Shown in pieces: positions 51,818-64,000 of a DNA stretch of 64,000 nt. The position numbers were made by a program, and so were the translations under genes. The number at the start of each line of letters is the position of its first letter. Position 1 is the first letter of the stretch. The notes beneath the pieces are model-generated. The model did not search any database. It saw only the letters and a program-made list of their open reading frames with translations, and was not told where the DNA came from. Source of the DNA: Mobula birostris (taxonomy: Eukaryota); contig NC_092384.1 in the NCBI RefSeq assembly GCF_030028105.1, positions 3,143,665 to 3,207,664 on the forward strand, in the 5' to 3' direction.

Positions 51818-53980
51818 GTTCATCGTCACTGGTTTAAACTTCTGTAAAACCCTTCTGAACAAAACTGCGAAAGTTCCTTCACTGGATGGACTGCCACCCC
51901 ACCAAGGTTGAGCTTTCTGTCACCTTTCACAGGACAGGTAAGGTTCAGCAACAAAATCTCTGGGCGTTGGTAATTCCCAGAAATTATCAGTGGGTTATGA
52001 ATATAATACTCATTCAGGCTTATCACTGATACATGTGAAATATATTGTTTTGCAGCAGCATTGCAGTGCAAGCCAGATGAACTTTGCAAAAATGTACAAA
52101 TGTAAGTAAAAAGGAGCAATAGTCCAATGCAAGACAATGTTCATGAATTCATGGACCATTCAGGAATCTGATGGCGGATGGGAGATGATATTCTTACAGC
52201 TCTAAATGCGGGTTATTTAGCTCTAGTACTTCCTCACTGACAGTGGTAAAGTGTAAAGGGCATGTCTCTGATGGTGAGATTCTTTAATGATTGATGCCCC
52301 CTTCTTGAGACACTGCCTGTGTAAGAAGTCCTCGATGGCCGGGACTGCTTTGTTGGGCACAGTTGTGCCCGTGTTTGATCCTCACTGATATTCAGTTTTA
52401 ACAGTAGGTTTCAGGCCTCATTAATGCATTTATTCCAACTTGGACAACCTGACTGAAGTATATGAAGTATTTGTTAAAATTAAACTGTGTGCAAATAGAA
52501 GAGAATAAAATCCACTTCTGGAAACATATTTGCCTTGTCGCTGCAGATGCGCTTCATGACAGTTCATTCATTTTAGCTATGTGTTACCGCCTCTCCAACA
52601 GTATTATGTGAATCTCAAGATCAAATGGGAATTCGTTGATTATGGCATGATTTTAATTCAGTTAGCATCGCAGAAGATAATGAAGTGTAATGCCCTGGTT
52701 AAGAATATGTTTTATTATGTTCCTACTACTATGCTGTGAGGTATTTTTTTGTATTTTGCGAACGCCATGTGTTCTGTTAGTTAAGTTTCATTGACTAGTG
52801 TTTTGGCCTTGGTTGAGAAAAAGAGCCATTTGCTCAGCTTAGGAATGTTCGGTTAGCCAATTGGGTGTTTGATAATGTGCTGTAACATTCTGTCCAGTGG
52901 GATGACATGGAACATTCGAGAGAGCTGGGCGGAATCAGATTTCTGTTGGCAGGGTTTGGAAGACGAAGGTGGTTCAGAGTGGAGCAAGGGAAGATGCTCG
53001 CAGAATCCCACCCGAAGGAGAGACCCCGATGTGTGAAGTGCTCCGTGCAGATCAATGTTTCCAAGTAGGGAGTGCCCATAGTCCTGAGTTAGCCAGTTCT
53101 TTCTATATGACCTTCGAGGGAAGTTCGAACTGTGGGTGGTGTCTTTCAGACAGAACGTGTGTTCAGCGCGTAACTAATCCAAGTGAAGCAACCGACTAGT
53201 TCAGAAACGAGCTCCAACATTTATGTGCACGTTTAGACTGCTTTAAATGTACTGGGGCCTTTTTTTTCCCCCTTATTAACTGTTTGTTAAAGCTGAAATA
53301 TCTGTAAGTATACTTTCAGCTTTAATCGTATGCTGGTGTAATGTCTGTTATTTTCTGACCAATGAAAACTCTGTTTGGGACAACACTTACTCAGTATTCA
53401 CTAGGATTTCTGCTCTGTCAGTTGAATATTCCAACTTGCCTGTTTGGTTGATCTCGAATCATATTGACTTTTGACATGATTGTTGAAAGTGGCTTTCGCA
53501 CCATTACCCATGCATTGCTGAGCCATGTTGTTGTTAGCCAGAGTTAGCTATCGAGTTGAGTTTGTTATGAGCCACGCTGAGAGAGCTATATTTTCGTCCT
53601 GACTTATAATGCTATATTAATGTTTGCTTAAGCAGCTTATTTCTATGTTTAAGGCAGTGTTTCGTTTAAAGTGAGGGATATTATCATGGATGCTGCAGAG
53701 ATTAAGGTCTACTAGTGACGTAACTGAAGGGGTCGGGGTACATGGAGAGTCGGAGCCATGGCCAGTTCATATCTCTGGTGTTGGACAAAACGTAGCTGAG
53801 GGTGAAGACTTAAAGGAAATTTGCTCTCTTTTCTGTGGAGTTAGGAGAAGACTTTGATGTAAAGTCTAAAAGATCTGTTGATTTAATTCTGAGCTGGTTT
53901 AGAGCTGGTATAGGCTATCGCCTCACTGGTTGATAAATGCCACAGTGTACCTGTGGAATATCCAAGTTATCATAGGCTGA

Positions 53981-56900
53981 CAACAGGAATTCTGCAGATG
54001 CTGGAAAATCAAGCAACACACATCAAAGTTGCTGGTGAACGCAGCAGGCCAGGCAGCATCTCTAGGAAGAGGTGCAGTCGACGTTTCAGGCCGAGACCCT
54101 TCGTCAGGACTAACTGAAGGAAGAGTGAGTAAGGGATTTGAAAGTTGGAGGGGGAGGGGGAGATTCAAAATGATAGGAGAAGACAAGAGGGGGAGGGATG
54201 GAGCCAAGAGCTGGACAGGTGATGGCAAAAGGGGATACGAGAGGATCATGGGACAGGAGGTCCGGGAAGAAAGACAAGGGGGGGGGCCAGAGGATGGGCA
54301 AGAGGTATATTCAGAGGGACAGAGGGAGAAAAAGGAGAGTGAGAGAAAGAATGTGTGCATAAAAATAAGTAACAGATGGGGTACGAGGGGGAGGTGGGGC
54401 CTAGCGGAACTTAGAGAAGTCGATGTTCAGGCCATCAGGTTGGAGGCTACCCAGACGGAATATAAGGTGTTGTTCCTCCAACCTGAGTGTGGCTTCATCT
54501 TTACAGTAGAGGAGGCCGTGGATAGACATGTCAGAATGGTAATGGGATGTGGAATTAAAACGTGTGGCCACTGGGAGATCCTGCTTTCTCTGGCGGACAG
54601 AGCGTAGATGTTCAGCAAAGCGGTCTCCCAGTCTGCCTCGGGTCTCGCCAATATATAAAAGGCCACATCGGGAGCACCGGACGCAGTATATCACCCCAGT
54701 CGACTCACAGGTGAAGTGTTGTCTCACCTGGAAGGACTGTTTGGGGCCCTGAATGGTGGTAAGGGAGGAAGTGTAAGGGCATGTGTAGCACTTGTTCCGC
54801 TTACACGGATAAGTGCCAGGAGGGAGATCAGTGGGGAGGGATGGGGGGGACGAATGGACAAGGGAGTTGTGTAGGGAGCGATCCCTGTGGAATGCAGAGA
54901 GAGGGGGGGAGGGAAAGATGTGCTTAGTGGTGGGATCCCGTTGGAGGTGGCAGAAGTTACGGAGAATAATATGTTGGACCCGGAGGCTGGTGGGGTGGTA
55001 GGTGAGGACCAGGGGAACCCTATTCCTAGTGGGGTGGCGGGAGGATGGAGTGAGATCAGATGTATGTGAAATTGGGGAGATGCGTTTAAGAGCATGTTGA
55101 TAGTGGAGGAAGGGAAGCCCCTTTCTTTAAAAACTGAAGACATCTCCCTCGTCCTAGAATGAACAGCCTCATCCTGAGAGCAGATGCGGCGGAGACGGAG
55201 GAATTGCGAGAAGGGAATGGCGTTTTTGCAAGAGGCAGGGTGAGAAGAGGAATAGTCCAGATAGCTGTGAGAGTCAGTAGGCTTATAGTAGACATCAGTG
55301 GATAAGCTGTCTCCAGAGACAGAGACAGAAAGATCTAGAAAGGGGAGGGAGGTGTCGGAAATGGACCAGGTAAACTTAAGGGCAGGGTGAAAGTTGGAGG
55401 CAAAGTTAATAAAGTCAACGAGTTCTGCATGCATGCAGGAAGCAGCGCCAATGCAGTCGTCGATGTAGCGAAGGAAAAGTGGGGGACAGATACCAGAAAA
55501 GGCACGGAACATAGATTGTTCCACAAACCCAACAAAAAGGCAGGCATAGCTAGGACCCATACGGGTGTCCATAGCTACACCTTTAGTTTGGAGGAAGTGG
55601 GAGGAGCCAAAGGAGAAATTATTAAGAGTAAGGACTAATTCCGCTAGACGGAGCAGAGTGGTGGTAGAGGGGAACTGATTAGGTCTGGAATCCAAAAAGA
55701 AGCGTAGAGCTTTGAGACCTTCCTGATGGGGGATGGAAGTATATAAGGACTGGACATCCATGGTGAAAATAAAGCAGTGAGGGCCAGGGAACTTAAAATC
55801 ATCGAAAAGTTTAAGAACGTGAGAAGTGTCACGAACATAGGTAGGAAGGGATTGAACAAGGGGTGATAAAACAGTGTCGAGGTATGCAGAAATGAGTTCG
55901 GTGGGGCAGGAGCAAGCTGAGACAGTAGGTCGGCCAGGACAGGCAGGTTTGTGGATCTTGGGTAGGAGATAGAAACGGGAAGTGCAGGGTGTGGGAACTA
56001 TAAGGTTGGTAGCAGTGGATGGGAGATCCCCTGAGCGGATAAAGTCGGTGATAGTGTGGGAGACAATGGCCTGGTGCTCCTTAGTGGGGTCACGATCGAG
56101 GGGTAAATAAGAGGAGGTATCCGCGAGTTGTAGCTGTGCCTCGGCAAGGTAGAGGTCAGTACGCCAGACTACAACAGCACCCCCCTTATCGGCGGGTTTA
56201 ATAATAAAGTTAGGATTAGTGCGGAGGGAGTGGAGAGCAGAGCGTTCGGAAGGAGTGAGGTTGGAATGGGGACAAGGTGCGGTGAAGTCGAGATGGTTGA
56301 TGTCCCGTCGGCAATTCCTTCCAGGTGAGGCAACACTTCACCTGTGAGTCGACTGGGGTGATATACTGCGTCCGGTGCTCCCGATGTGGCCTTTTATATA
56401 TTGGCGAGACCCGAGGCAGACTAGGAGACCGCTTTGCTGAACATCTACGCTCTGTCCGCCAGAGAAAGCAGGATCTCCCAGTGGCCACACATTTTAATTC
56501 CACATCCCATTCCCATTCTGACATGTCTGTCCACGGCCTCCTCTACTGTAAAGATGAAACCACACTCAGGTTGGAGGAACAACACCTTATATTCCGTCTG
56601 GGTAGCCTCCAACCTGATGGCATGAACATCGACTTCGCTAACTTCCGCTAGGCCCCACTTCCCCCTCGTACCCCATCTGTTACTTATTTTTATGCACACA
56701 TTCTTTCTCTCACTCTCCTTTTTCTCCTTCTGTCCCTCTGAATATACGTCTTGCCCATCCTCTGGGTCCCCCCTCCCCCTTGTCTTTCTTCCCGGACCTC
56801 CTGTCCCATGGTCCTCTCGTATCCCCTTTTGCCAATCACCTGTCCAGCTCTTGGCTCCATCCCCCCCCCCTCCTGTGTTTTCCTATCATTTTGGATCTCC

Positions 56901-57046
56901 CCCTCCCCCTCCAACTTTCAAATCCCTTACTCACTCTTCCTTCAGTTAGTCCTGACGAAGGGTCTCGGCCTGAAACGTCGGCTGCACCTCTTCCTAGAGA
57001 TGCTGCCTGGCCTGCTGCGTTCACCAGCAACTTTGATGTGTGCTGC
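53981..57046 (-). mobile_element. Penelope-like element (RT plus GIY-YIG) with inverted terminal duplication
   Basis: RT ORF 54724-55761 (MDVQSLYT, QTKGVAM, RYIDD) and GIY-YIG ORF 54401-54727 (GVIYC...LYIGET). A second GIY-YIG/3' copy lies on + at 56313-57046. 13-bp TSD TATCATAGGCTGA. Confidence 0.95.
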
Positions 57047-57703
57047 TATCATAGGCTGAGAGTGTTCTCTGGAGACAAATCTGCATCCACTTGGAAAGAC
57101 AAATATAAGGCTTGTGTTGAGTAGACTTCGCTGTCGCTGGATTAATGGAAGTGGTCAGGTTACATTAAAGAATCAGAGAATGATGAATAATTTAAAGGGT
57201 CCAGCAGCTGATATAGTGAAATTCCTAAAGGCAGAAAATCCGTAAGCCATGCCAGCTAATTGTATGTAAACTCTGGAAGATGCTTTTGGCACTGCTGAAA
57301 GTTCAGCCAATATTATGATGACGTTTAGGCATACACTCAAGGAGGAAGGAGAGATACTTTCTGCCTAGATTATCAGGCTGAAGGAACTGCTGGACTGTTT
57401 GTGTCAAAAAAAGGAGCAAAGAGAAAAATGGGGAGAACTTTTTGAAGACCTTATCCATTCACCTGATGCTCAGAGCTGCTTCAGAAATGAGTTCCAATAT
57501 TTATGTGCACATTTAGACTAGGTTAACTGTAATGGGATCTTTTCTGTTTTTCCTTACTAACTGTTTGTAAATATCTGTAAATATACTTCCACATTAATTT
57601 TCTGCTGCTGTAATGTCTGTTACTTCCTGATAAACGATACCTTTGCAGGGGACAACATTTACACAGCATTCAACACAATTTTCGTTCACTCTTTGGAATA
57701 TTC

Positions 57704-59069
57704 CAATTAATGAGAACTAGAAGTGATTTTTATATTCATAGTGATAAATCGGGTAAACTATTGGCTAATCAATTGAAATTTGCTTTGGTTAAACGTCAAA
57801 TTACTAAGATTCGCAAACACGATGATACATTGACAGTTGATCATGATGGGATAAACAAAGCCTTTCAAGAATTTTATACCTCTTTATATGACTCAGATTT
57901 TCCTCATGATTTTAGTATGATGCATGAATTTTTAAGTAAACTAAATTTTCCGAAATTATCACCCGAAGATTACTTATCATTAGAAACTCCTAATACAGAG
58001 GAAGAAATAATAACTGCAATCTCATCATTGAATTCTGGTAAAGCACCCGGTCCGGACTGGTTTACAGTGGATTTTTTAAAAAAAATATTTTCCTCTATTC
58101 TCTCTCCGAGGTTCTCTAGAATATTGAAAGATGCAATCATTTTAGGTAAATTACCACAATCGTTTTATGAAGCCTATATCTCCTTAATTCTTAAAAAAAA
58201 ATAAAGATCCTACTGATTGTGCAACATACCGACCGGTATCTCTTTTGATTGTCGATTCAAAATTTTTTTCAAAAATTTTAACAGCTAGGTTAGAGAATGT
58301 ATTACCTCAAATTATATCTATGGATCACACCGGATTAATTAAAAATCGTTATTCATCCTTTAATATTAGGAGGTTAATTAATATTGTTTATACCCCTCAC
58401 TTACTACCGCAGAATGTATTATCTCATTAGGTGCTGAGAAAGCCTTTGACAGAGTCTAATGGCCTTATTTATTTAGTGTCCTTGAGAATTCTAATTTTAG
58501 TTTGACATTTATATCTTGGATTAAATTGTTATATTACTCCCCAGTAGCTTCGGTCTGTACTAATAATCATAGATCTCCCGTTTTTCGTCTTTTTCGTGGT
58601 ACTAGACAAGGATGCCCTCTTAGTCCTTTACTATTCAAATCGCCCATGAACCTTTAGCAATTGCTATCCGTAACTCGCCCAATATTTTTGGTATTACCCG
58701 CGGAAACGAAATACATAAATTATCATTATATGCAGATGATTTGTTGTTATACATCTCTTATCCGAAGAAGGCAATTCCTGCTATTCTAGCTTTGATGGCT
58801 CAATTTAGTAATTTTTTCTGGTTACAAATTGAATCTTAATAAGAGTGAATTATTACCCCTAAATAAGTAGGTACCTATTTATGGACGTTTACCATTTAAA
58901 TTGGTTACTACTCACTTATATATTTAGGGATAACAATTACAAAAAAGTATAATGACTTATTTCAAGTTAATTATTTACCTTTAATTGATCAGATTAAACT
59001 TTTGTTTAGTAAATGGTCACTAATTTCTTTGTTTTTGATTGATCGGATTAATGCTATTAAGATGATTGT
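57704..59069 (+). mobile_element. Doubly truncated L1 ORF2 internal fragment
   Basis: KAPGPDWF, GCPLSP and YADD motifs. It ends at IKMIV with no 3'UTR or A-tail, and is flanked by TTTGGAATATTC at 57692-57703 and 59070-59081. Confidence 0.88.
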
Positions 59070-59357
59070 TTTGGAATATTCTATCTTTGCTGTTTGGTTG
59101 GACCTGAATCATACCGACGCTAGACGTGTGTTGCTTACTGAAGGTGGGCTTCTCACCATTACACATGCACAACTGAGCCACGTGGCTGTTAGCCAGAGCT
59201 AGCTAATGAGCCAGGGTTGATAGGAGCCACGGTGAGAGGCGTACAGAACTTATTCAGGTCACCACAAAGGGATACTATGTAGAAGCGGTGTGACAATTGG
59301 CATTAAGAATCAGACGCTGGTGATCACTGCCTATGAAAATATCTACATGAAAATGTT

Positions 59358-59606
59358 TATTTTATTTATTTATGGAGATACAGCATGGAATAGAGCCTTC
59401 CAGCACTTCGAGCCGCACCGCCCAGGCACCCCCAGCCTAATCACCGGAACATTTACGATCACTAATTAGCCTACATCTTTGTAATGCTGGGTGAAACTGC
59501 AGAACCTGGATCGAACCCACGCCGTTATGGGTAAAATGTACAGACTCGTTACAATCAGCGGCAGGAACTGAACTGCTGTGCTAACCACAATGCTACCGTG
59601 CCGCCC
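59358..59606 (-). mobile_element. tRNA-derived V-SINE/HE1-like SINE
   Basis: Minus strand starts ggggcggcacggtagcattgtggttagc and ends in an (AAAT)n tail. Confidence 0.75.
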
Positions 59607-59849
59607 CATCACGCATACAATACTCAATATCGCCATTACGGGGCCTTATCACACACCAGAAGCTTAAATCTTTCAGATGAACAAATATTGAAGCTACAAG
59701 AAATAACAAGAACTCAGGCTGTGAGTGTACGGGAGGGCTCCACTCCAAAAACTGTGGATTATAGTCAGATACACAGCAGATCTTCTCCTCTTTTCATAAG
59801 TAACAGCAATTCAGCAACGCAGCAAGGACAACGTTTTAATTTCACTTTC

Positions 59850-60365
59850 TTTTCCCATTCCCACATAACAGTCCATGGCCTCCTCTGCTGCCACGATGAG
59901 GCCACACTCAGTTGAAGGAACAACCCTTCATATCCACCTGGTTAACCTTGAACCTGATGGCATGAACATCGACTTCTCGAACTTTGTAATGCCCCGCCCC
60001 CGCACAAAATCTCCATTACCATTTCCCAGTCCTAATTCCCAAATTCCCTGACGCTGCTTTCTTGCCATTTAACTCGCTCTGGTGCTGTTCCGATCCCCTT
60101 TCTTCCATGGGCTTTTGTCCTCACCTATCTGATTCCACTTTCTCTAGCTCTTTATCTTTTATGCCTGACTTCCTAGCTCTTTACTTCCCCCTTCCCCCTA
60201 CCCTGTTTCACTTATCACCTTGTATTTCTTCCTCCCCTCTCCCAACTTCTGACTCTGACTTCTCATCTTCTTTTCTTCAGTCCATTTAAAGGGTCTTGGC
60301 CCGAAACGTTGACTGTATACTCTTTCCGTAGATGCTGCCTGGCCAGCATATTGTGTGTGTTGTCT
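59850..60365 (+). mobile_element. Penelope-like 3' remnant (copy B)
   Basis: Paralog of 13480-13995. Confidence 0.75.
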
Positions 60366-61039
60366 GCTGCAAGATGCATCATTCTTCTCGCAAAATAGCT
60401 ATTCTCTTTCCCATTGGTAATTTAGCTGTTCACACCATATAAGACCATGAGATATAAGAGCAGAATTAAGCCATTTGGTCCATCGAGTCTGCTCCGCCAT
60501 TTCATCATGGCTAATCCCATTTTTCTCTCAGCCTTAATCTGTTGCCTTCTTCTCGTATTCCATCATGCCCCGACAAATCAAGAATCTATCAGACCCTTCC
60601 TTGAACATACATAAAGTGTCGGGCCCCACAGCTGCCTGCGGTGAAAATTTCTACATATTCACCACTCTGTGTCTAAAGAAAGTTTGCAGAGATTATTAAA
60701 GAAAGAACGCTAACATATTATAACACACACAACGATGATTAACCAAGGAATATGGAATGCGCCTCGCTAAATCAACCATATTGTAAAGGAGAGACGGACG
60801 ACATACAGGGACACCTAACACATGGTGTTCCCTCTCCAAGTTACGCCATATGTTAACTTACAATTGTGCTCCTTCTTAGCTGGGTAGAATTGCTTGAATG
60901 CTTCATATAGCAGCAGTACGGTGAGACATTCAATGGATTTACGTGCATTTCTAAAAACAAACATTCCAATCAGCTTGTCGTTAATGGGCATTAGGGGTAG
61001 CAGTAAATTAAATAGTTTACTGAATGGGTGACAACGAGG

Positions 61040-62200
61040 ATTGATGAAGGTAGGGTGAAAAACAGGTGGTGAACATAGCTTTAGCAAAGCCTTTACAGAA
61101 GTTTAGATCATTTAGAGTCCAAGGTGTGGTAGAAAATTGGGTACAAAATTGCCTGGTGCTTTGACTAAAAGATTGGCGGATGCAGGCTGTTTTTCAGATT
61201 GGAGGCCAACGACTAGTTGTGCGCCACGGGGAGTTGCGCTGTGTCCATATTTGTTCGTCATCAACGTTTATATTTTGGATGAGAATGATGTTAACATCGT
61301 TAGTATGTTTGCGGATGACATCAAAATTGATTGTGTAGTGTACAACGAAGATACTTACTTAAGATTACAGCAGCATCTCAAACAAGTAGGAATGTGGGCC
61401 AACCAAAATCTCAGATGGATCGTAACTCAGGGAAGTGAAAAGTATAAGTTTAACGAGGGCAGGACGCATGCAATCATGCTAGACACCGGAGAGTGTTATG
61501 AAGCAGAGAGGTATGAGAGTATAACGACATAGCACCTTGAAAATAGAGATACAGGTTAACAATGTGGCCAAAGAGCCGTTTGTCATGCTTACTTTCATCA
61601 GTCAAGACATTGAGTAAAAGAGCTGGGATGTTACGTTGCAACTATACTGGAAGTTGGTAAAAGTACTTTTGGAGAATTGCGTGCACCTATTGTCAGCAAG
61701 TTATTGGAAGGACATCTTTAAGCTTAAAGGGATCCAGGAAAGATGCCCAAGAACGTTACCAAGACTGGAAGGCTTAACGTATCCGGAAAAACTGGATAGT
61801 TTGCGATTTCCTTCCCAATGGTGCACGCGAGACTGAGAGGACACCATATAGAGATATGTAAAATCACAAGGGCGAAGACAGGTGAATGATCAATCTCTTT
61901 CTCAGAGTAGTGAAGTCTAAAATTAGAGCAAATTAGAGGAAGGCATAGTAAAGGTTACGTGCTGCATGATTTTCAAATAAATGGTGAGAAATACATGCAA
62001 CGAAATACTAGAGGAAATGACAGAGCCAGGGTAATTGGAACATTTCTCTGGAATTTAGACAGCTTCGCCGTGAAGAAAAGTTTAAAATAGTGTGGGTGAA
62101 AATATGAGAATTGCATTATCTCTGATTGGCCATTTGGAAGGCGTAGACGACTGGGTCGAAGGAATTGTTTCTGTGATGTGTAAGGAGGCCTTTTTCTGAC
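61040..62200 (+). mobile_element. Old CR1 RT-to-3' fragment (copy B)
   Basis: Paralog of 14670-15830 (SMFADDIKI). Confidence 0.8.
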
Positions 62201-64000
62201 TTTATTAGACACAGATTTTGTTCAAAGCACTGAAAACTAAATGAAACATCTGTTTTGTTGCCCCGTGTCTATACTCCCACACCTGATAAACAACTGCATT
62301 TCCGGAAAGGTTTTGGGCATTCTAAGCTGAGTTGTGCCATGCATGCAAATAATGCAGAGATCTTACCCAGCTCCCTCTGCCGAGTCTGTTTTTTCCACTG
62401 AGCAAATTCAGTGGTCAATATATATCTTTATGCTCATCAAAACTTCGCATTTCTTGGTGAACAGAACTGTCATACTTCAAATACACCAACACAGTTCACC
62501 TATAAAATTTACATTGTAATTCGTTGCGTAAGAATTACAATTACAAACCACTTACCGTTTTACCATTACGTATTAATTTACCCCATGCGCAATGCTGAAG
62601 AGAGGCGAACATCTGCTTCTGACTCGTAAACCGTTATTCTCGAATAAAAGATAAGCAACACATTTCATAGTCCCAGTAACCACATCAGAGTTAAGGGAAA
62701 TGTAATATATTCGCTGTTTCCGCTAGTAATTAAGTAACCAATTTGCAGACACAATTCATTCAATCTTACCTCTGCTTGTCTTCACTTTTTTCTCCTTTAA
62801 CCTGATCGTATTTCTATTCCAGACACCTACAAGCATACCGATTACATTTTACACATCCAAATACAGGAAAGGAAGTTGTGAAGTTACTTTCCTCTAAACC
62901 TTTGTGTTGTACAGGAGTATTACGTCACCGGAAACGGGTACGTGATGCGTAGTAAACTAAAGTAAGGGTGAAAATCTTCGAAAACATTTTATTCAGACAA
63001 ACAGGAATTGCTTCGAAGCGGCGGGGGTGCCTCCCAGTTAACGTAATTGTATGTGAAATGAGTCAACAAAAAATAGAATGCTGCGATACATCATGGGTGT
63101 TCAAGCCATCATGAATCAAATTATATTAGACATACTACTGAAGCAGATTTTGGGTTTGTGCAAGGGGAAGAACGCCAGTATCCGGGAAGGAATTTGGTGT
63201 TTCGTTCTTCACTGAACAGATCGAGTATGCATCAAATTTATTAATAAAATAAATCATTGTAACATCGAAAGATTATATGACTATAAACACCTCCTTTTAT
63301 AGCTAAATATCTAACTGTAAGAGTTTATTAACATTACGCTTAGGGTTTATTAACACTGTATAAGATGAGTTCTTCGAAACTAATTTATAGAACTGACAGG
63401 TCTCTCCCATTTTTTTTCAATTTTCTATATTTAAATTTACCAGGTGACTCAGAGCATCTAGCATCTGCATTTCAGTGCTCAAACATAGAGCTTCACGGTG
63501 TGAGCATGAATGTTTTAACGTTCAGATATGCAATCAATTATCGAAGGGGCTAATTGTGACCGATAACTTTTCTTAAACAAAATTTTCTCTAGCCTGACGT
63601 AAATCTGTTTATTATGTTCGACCCTTCACCTGACTTCTCTCTCATTCCAAATTCAGTATCTTCCTCCTTGCGGAAGATGTATTCCTGCCCTCCTTTATAT
63701 TCTTCGACTTACGTTTAACTTATCGTGTTTCATCATATTCTTTCGAATTGTTTTGATCTTACACCATATTATCAGTCTCCTCTAGTCCATCTCTCTCAGT
63801 TGCTCTTTCGATGAACACCAGATATGTATGTATATTTTCCATTGCAATTCAGATATAAGTTCAGGAAAATGACAGGCTCCCTTTATTTCTTCCTGCACAG
63901 ACCAACTCTCGCGTGCACAGTATTCTTTACGTTTACCATATTGAGCAAAATTATACATGGAAACTCGGGAAACTGTAAACCTCCCTGTTTCATGCTGTCT

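Larger units (their letters stand above)
52800..59260 (+). mobile_element. Ty3/Gypsy element with PNMA-like gag (copy B), interrupted by Penelope-like and L1 insertions
   Basis: 5' LTR-like block at 52.8-53.4 kb. Gag resumes at 57047 (YHRLRVFSG...; ...LEDAFGTAES). The distal part of the 3' LTR is at 57.48-57.7 kb and 59.07-59.26 kb. Confidence 0.75.
37428..62714. repeat. Segmental duplication, copy B
   Basis: Colinear with 1-16348 plus extra L1 and Penelope-like insertions. Confidence 0.95.

Noticed and set aside
54029-54607. 192-aa plus-strand ORF and similar Pro/Ser- or Gly/Arg-rich ORFs
   Set aside because: These are antisense or alternative frames of Penelope-like and CR1 elements and low-complexity tracts.
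1-64000. CRISPR arrays, rRNA or tRNA genes, prokaryotic operons
   Set aside because: None seen. The DNA is eukaryotic with spliceosomal introns, and the only tRNA-like sequences are SINE heads.

Overview
Vertebrate genomic DNA, most likely a cartilaginous fish such as a ray. This is inferred from the CR1, Rex-Babar, L1 and Penelope-like retroelements and a tRNA-type V-SINE/HE1-like SINE. The large majority of the window is transposon-derived, and most entries in the ORF track are TE frames or their antisense shadows. The main host gene is a minus-strand immunoglobulin-superfamily receptor present twice in a tandem segmental duplication (1-16.3 kb is paralogous to 37.4-62.7 kb). Its layout is leader, a germline-joined VJ-type V domain (YYC...GNGTGSTLVV), a C1-set domain, a TM exon and a multi-exon tail with tyrosine motifs, which is SIRP/NKp30/antigen-receptor-like. 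Copy A has intact leader, V and C1 exons, and its 3' part is not evident in the window. Copy B has intact leader and V exons, a C1 exon with its acceptor deleted, a TGA just before the TM helix, and a phase-compatible cytoplasmic exon chain with 29-nt and 9-nt micro-exons ending in an ITIM-like LTYTPI. All exon models were hand-derived from GT-AG sites and reading phase. Comparing the two copies exposes copy-specific insertions with target-site duplications, deletions and a fold-back palindrome. TE boundaries are approximate unless a TSD is quoted.
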